Below, piece after piece: positions 59,653 to 64,000 of a DNA stretch of 64,000 nucleotides. This DNA comes from Candidatus Berkelbacteria bacterium (GTDB lineage: Bacteria; Patescibacteriota; UBA1384; DTJR01), in contig JAPLVK010000013.1 of the NCBI GenBank assembly GCA_026397175.1, positions 8,232 to 72,231 of the forward strand, in the 5' to 3' direction. The notes under the pieces are model-generated. The model saw nothing but the letters and a program-made list of their open reading frames with translations, was not told the origin of the DNA and did not search any database. Within the stretch, counting starts at the first letter, position 1, and every line of letters begins with the position of its first letter. The position numbers and the translations under genes are program-made.

Positions 59653-61209
59653 TCAGTTAATGGGCGAATTATCAATGTTTTGATCGGCTAAAATTATGCT
59701 TTTGGCAAAATATTCTGGAATGTCAAAGCCACCCAGTTCGAGACAGGTTGAGGCAATGTTCTCAAGACGACCGGTAATATCTAATTGAATTTTTGTATTT
59801 TCAGAAACCAGAATAATTGGGACAGGATTTTTGGTATGTTCCGTGTCGGGCTGACCAGTTAATGGGTCAACCATTTGCTCTATATTTCCATGGTCTGCTG
59901 TGATAATCAATGGTATATTTTCGTCAATACATACCTTTGATATCTCTTTCACCATGTTATCTAGTGTTCCAACTGCCTCTAGCGCCGCCTTGAAATCGCC
60001 GGTATGCCCAACCATGTCTGCGTTTGCCAGATTACAAAGATATAATGAATAATCTTCTTTTTTAATCCTTTGAACAAGCTCGTCCTTTACTTCGTTTGCC
60101 GACATTTCCGGCTTTAAAGCGTACGATCGTACATCGGGAGAGGGGATCAAGATTCTATCTTCGCCCCGATATGGTTCGTTTCTATTACCATTAATAAAAA
60201 AAGTTACATGAGCGTATTTTTCTGTTTCAGCAATATGAAATTGTTTTAAATTTAAAAGTGAGAAATATTCGCCGATTGTATTAGCAATAGAAATTGTTTT
60301 AAACGCCGCTTTCGCCTCAATTCCCAGCTCGCGCTCTATTCCATACGGGATAAAAGTTATAAAGTCCAAGTTCTCAAGTTGCCTCCTTTTAAACTTGTCG
60401 AATTTTGGATCAAGAAATGCCTGCATTAACTGTCTGGTTCTGTCCGACCTAAAGTTAAAAAAGATTATGGTGTCGTTGTTTTTTATTCTGCTTGTGTTTT
60501 TAATGATAATAGGGGATATAAACTCATCTGATTCACCATTTTTATATGCTTTGGAGATAGACGACAGCGCATTTTCCTCAATCAAACCCTTTCCATCAAC
60601 AAGCGCTTCGTAGGCCTTTTGTGTTTTTTGCCAATTTCCTTTGCGATCCAATAGGTCTCGCCCTATAATAGTTGCTATTTGCCCACAACCAAGCGCTTTT
60701 GTTGCTTGCGTTACCTGACTTAAATATTCAATTCCTTGATATGGCGGAGTGTCGCGACCATCTGTAAATGCATGGATATTGACATCTTTATGCCCAAGAT
60801 TTGAGCACATTTTAATTAGGGCCAAAAGATGGACGATGTGTGAATGAACTCCACCATCAGACACGATTCCCATCAAATGCACAGATGAATTTTGTTCTTT
60901 TGATCTTTTGATCGAATCAACCAATGTCTTATTCTCATAAAAACTGCCATCGGATATTGATTGATTTATATGTGAGATATCCTGTTCGACAATATTGCCG
61001 GCGCCAATGTTCATATGGCCCACTTCGGAGTTTCCAACCTCATGACCAGGAAGGCCAACATCGCGCCCAGAGGCCTTTAAGATTGTATTGGGATACTCTC
61101 TTAGGATTTTGTTATAATTTGGCGTTTCGGCGACCGTGATCGCATTTCCACCCCAACTTTTGCCGACACCCCAACCATCGAGAATTAGTAAAACAACGGA
61201 ATTTTTCAT
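59653..61209 (-). CDS. gpmI: 2,3-BPG-independent phosphoglycerate mutase (copy 1)
   Basis: ILDGWG, GNSEVGH, SDGGVHSH, DGRD, AETEKYAHVT, DMVGHTG, ADHGN. Confidence 0.95.
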   Translation of the reverse strand: MKNSVVLLILDGWGVGKSWGGNAITVAETPNYNKILREYPNTILKASGRDVGLPGHEVGNSEVGHMNIGAGNIVEQDISHINQSISDGSFYENKTLVDSIKRSKEQNSSVHLMGIVSDGGVHSHIVHLLALIKMCSNLGHKDVNIHAFTDGRDTPPYQGIEYLSQVTQATKALGCGQIATIIGRDLLDRKGNWQKTQKAYEALVDGKGLIEENALSSISKAYKNGESDEFISPIIIKNTSRIKNNDTIIFFNFRSDRTRQLMQAFLDPKFDKFKRRQLENLDFITFIPYGIERELGIEAKAAFKTISIANTIGEYFSLLNLKQFHIAETEKYAHVTFFINGNRNEPYRGEDRILIPSPDVRSYALKPEMSANEVKDELVQRIKKEDYSLYLCNLANADMVGHTGDFKAALEAVGTLDNMVKEISKVCIDENIPLIITADHGNIEQMVDPLTGQPDTEHTKNPVPIILVSENTKIQLDITGRLENIASTCLELGGFDIPEYFAKSIILADQNIDNSPIN

Positions 61210-61210
61210 A

Positions 61211-62782
61211 TTAGCTTAAGGACTCTTTTAAATTTACTCCGGTCATCTCCGGAGCCGTTTGAACTCCCAGTGAATCGCAAATTGTTGGGGCAACATCGGC
61301 AAGCAATCCAACCGGTTCCATATTGGCTGTTTCGACTTTAGATTTAAATTTCCCTTTTGTTTGCTCCGAAATACACATAAATGGAACGGGATTCAATGAA
61401 TGTTCCTTACTCGGCTTTCCGCTTTTTAGATCTATCATCTCATCACAGTTGCCGTGATCGGCGACTATAAATATTTCGTATTCACTTTCCAAAAGCACAG
61501 GGACTATTTGTGATAATGATTGATCAATGATTTCAACCGTTTTAATCGTTGCATCAAGATTTCCCGAATGACCGACCATATCACCGTTGGCGTAGTTTGC
61601 AACAATAAAATCATAATTTTCTTTTACCGCCTCGATGATTGCGTCAGAAATTTCTTTCGCCCGCATTTGCGGGAATAGATCGTACGATTTCACTTTTTCG
61701 GAATTAATTAATTTATTTACTTGTCCATCAAGCTCACCTTTCACCCCACCTGCAAAAAAATATGTAACATGAGCAAACTTTTCGGTTTCAGCAACATGAA
61801 ATTGTTTCTTTCCTTGTTTCGAAATAATTTGAGACAAGGAGTTTAACAGGGGATTGATTTCAGGATCATTTAAATCGATATTGCTGAATAAAACCTTAAC
61901 GCCCAAATTATCATCATAGGTTGTCATTGTCAGAAAATTTGATGCGATTTTATCCCTTTTTACATCTTTTAGTCCTTGATCAACAAACGCTCTGGTAAGT
62001 TGAATCGCTCGATCGGATCGGTAATTAAGGAATAAAAACACATCGTTTTCTAAACTTATATTCAGATCACCATTTAATGATACCGGCTCTATAAATTCAT
62101 CTGTTTTATTGTCAGTGTACGATCGTGCAACAATATCCTTTGGCGATCCTTCTGTCGGTTTCTTTCCCAATATTGCGTCATAGGCAGACGATATTCTATC
62201 CCAGTTTTTATCTCTATCCATGGCAAAATATCTTCCCATAATCGAACCGATGACCGCGATATTTTTCAACTCTTTTTCAATCTGACCCAAATACCTTTCG
62301 ATTGATTTTTCCTGAACATCTCTTCCATCTGCAATTAAGTGCAAAATTATCTTATTTGATGGGCAGAGTTGATTAAATATTTTTGCCATTTGGATCATAT
62401 GGTTAATATGTCCATGGACCCCACCGTCTGACGCAATGCCGATCAAATTAATGTTTGATTTTTTGTCATTTAATATTTTGACTGCGTCAAGAACAGCTTG
62501 TTTCTGAGGAATTGTGCTATCGGCAATTGCTTTATCAATTTGTGGGAGATCTTGTAGGACTACGCGGCCCAATCCAAGAGAGGAATGACCGACTTCCGAA
62601 TTACCAAATTCTCCCCACGGCAAACCAACTTCTTCGGCCGATGCCTTTAGGAGTGTCTTGGGATATGTCTCAAACAGCTCATCAATATAAGGTGTTTTTG
62701 CAAGAAATACCGCGTTTCCTTTTTTTTCTTTTGCTATACCAAAACCATCCAATATGATTAGCGCAACTTTCTCGCTAGCCAT
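61211..62782 (-). CDS. gpmI: 2,3-BPG-independent phosphoglycerate mutase (copy 2)
   Basis: ILDGFG, GNSEVGH, GRYFAMDRD..W, AETEKFAHVT, DMVGHSG, ADHGN. Confidence 0.95.
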   Translation of the reverse strand: MASEKVALIILDGFGIAKEKKGNAVFLAKTPYIDELFETYPKTLLKASAEEVGLPWGEFGNSEVGHSSLGLGRVVLQDLPQIDKAIADSTIPQKQAVLDAVKILNDKKSNINLIGIASDGGVHGHINHMIQMAKIFNQLCPSNKIILHLIADGRDVQEKSIERYLGQIEKELKNIAVIGSIMGRYFAMDRDKNWDRISSAYDAILGKKPTEGSPKDIVARSYTDNKTDEFIEPVSLNGDLNISLENDVFLFLNYRSDRAIQLTRAFVDQGLKDVKRDKIASNFLTMTTYDDNLGVKVLFSNIDLNDPEINPLLNSLSQIISKQGKKQFHVAETEKFAHVTYFFAGGVKGELDGQVNKLINSEKVKSYDLFPQMRAKEISDAIIEAVKENYDFIVANYANGDMVGHSGNLDATIKTVEIIDQSLSQIVPVLLESEYEIFIVADHGNCDEMIDLKSGKPSKEHSLNPVPFMCISEQTKGKFKSKVETANMEPVGLLADVAPTICDSLGVQTAPEMTGVNLKESLS

Positions 62783-63941
62783 TTTTTATCTCCTCTTCGA
62801 TGCGAAGTAAACGGTTATATTTAGCAACCCTTTCTCCTCTTGATGGTGCTCCAAATTTACAAAATTCCGCTTGCACTCCAACGGCAAAATCGGCGATAAA
62901 TGTATCTTCGGTTTCTCCGGATCTATGGGAAACGACGAGTTTTAGTCCACTCTGCTTCGCAAGATTTGAAAAGGCGATTGAGTCGGAAATTGTCCCGATT
63001 TGATTCGGTTTAACGATAACCGCATTGACTGCTTTCTTCTCTACCGCTTCTTTCAAAAGCTCCATATTGGTTGCCAGAAGATCGTCTCCGACAATCATTA
63101 TTTTTGATCCAATCTTCTGCATCATCTGCACCCAGCCATCCCAATTATCTTCTTCAACAGGATCTTCCATGCTAATAACAGGATATTTCGAGACAATCTC
63201 CTCCAGATTCATATTATTTGGAACAACACCCGCAAGATCTAGTCCCATGTTAATTTTTTCAGCTTCCTGAATTAAACGGATAGCATCCTCATCGGATGGT
63301 AATTGTGGAGCAAAACCGCCCTCGTGCCCGACGGCAATGTTTAAATTTCTGTCCTTCAAGATCTTTCTTAGCTTATGGAACACTTCGGACGCCTTGCGAT
63401 AATTTTCTTTAAAACTTTCTTGTTCCGGAATAACCAAAAACTCTTGAATTACTAGGTTATTATCGGCGTGTTTTGCCCCTTCGATAAAGTTAAACATCGC
63501 TCTTGGCATAGCGACAATTTGCGATTGCGCCATCTCGGCAATATATTTATAGAGGGGCATTTTTTTTGAATCAGCCGCCGCTTTAGCGCAAGCGAGCGAA
63601 ACCGCCAGAATCGCGTTAGCGCCAAGCTTGCTTTTGTGCGGAGTTCCATCGAGTTGACTCATTGTGTCGTCAATTGCTTTTTGTTGAGTTACATCTTGAC
63701 CGGAAAGCGCGCTTGCGATTGTGCTATTCACATTTTCGACTGCTTTTAGTACACCCATTCCGCCAAAGCGCGCCTCGTCGCCATCGCGCAGCTCTATCAC
63801 TTCATGAGCCCCAACCGAAGCGCCGCTTGGAACGGATGCGATTGTTTTGATATGATTTTGCGTTTCGACTTCAACTTCGACTGTCGGATCACCGCGAGAA
63901 TCCAAAATTTCTCGGGCTTTAATTGAAACAATGTTTTCCAC
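62775..63941 (-). CDS. eno: Enolase (short form)
   Basis: REILDSRG.PTVEV, VPSGAS.G..E, VGDDL, KPNQIG, SHRSGETED, ER.AKYN.L.RIEE. Confidence 0.96.
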   Translation of the reverse strand: MENIVSIKAREILDSRGDPTVEVEVETQNHIKTIASVPSGASVGAHEVIELRDGDEARFGGMGVLKAVENVNSTIASALSGQDVTQQKAIDDTMSQLDGTPHKSKLGANAILAVSLACAKAAADSKKMPLYKYIAEMAQSQIVAMPRAMFNFIEGAKHADNNLVIQEFLVIPEQESFKENYRKASEVFHKLRKILKDRNLNIAVGHEGGFAPQLPSDEDAIRLIQEAEKINMGLDLAGVVPNNMNLEEIVSKYPVISMEDPVEEDNWDGWVQMMQKIGSKIMIVGDDLLATNMELLKEAVEKKAVNAVIVKPNQIGTISDSIAFSNLAKQSGLKLVVSHRSGETEDTFIADFAVGVQAEFCKFGAPSRGERVAKYNRLLRIEEEIKNG

Positions 63942-64000
63942 AATTCCTCCTTTATCAATTCATTTATTTTAAATTTTTTATAATATCTAAAGTTATGTTT

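Noticed and set aside
26999-63941. Numerous 60-190 aa antisense or alternate-frame ORFs over rpoBC, ribosomal-protein genes, leuS, gpmI and eno
   Set aside because: They lie wholly over conserved genes, show no motifs, and are expected from codon bias.

Overview
This is a low-GC bacterial chromosome segment using genetic code 11. It looks like Patescibacteria/CPR: there is no rpmD/L30 between rpsE and rplO, no adk after secY, LeuRS carries a NUDIX insertion, there is a PaaX-like regulator, and genes are streamlined. The first 13.6 kb holds mixed housekeeping genes (rnhB, der, lepB, lspA, infC-rpmI-rplT, bactofilin, uvrA, tRNA-Gln, tRNA-Val, RNase P RNA) plus REP-like repeat clusters. From 13.6 to 26.7 kb lies an accessory/defence island: a broken rluB-like gene, a Bro-N remnant, Fic, KilA-N, a type I R-M system with four cargo genes embedded in it, and tspO. 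From 27 to 53 kb runs rpoBC with the str, S10, spc and alpha clusters, then rplM-rpsI-rbfA. The last 11 kb holds a DD-carboxypeptidase, the PaaX-like gene, rnc, nusB, rpmF, leuS, tRNA-Ala, two gpmI paralogues and eno. The most unusual signals are: (i) 25-30 bp DNA palindromes in the coding sequence of three small DNA-binding-protein genes (KilA-N, Bro-N, Bro-N remnant); (ii) a structured ~140 bp element that duplicates the tRNA-Gln 3' end; (iii) short palindromic elements inserted in-frame in hsdR and leuS, inside RNase P RNA and at tRNA CCA ends; (iv) loss of the RpoA alpha-CTD and the Der KH domain; (v) a 6S-like rod RNA candidate upstream of rpoB. All family assignments come from recognising motifs by eye; no searches were run.
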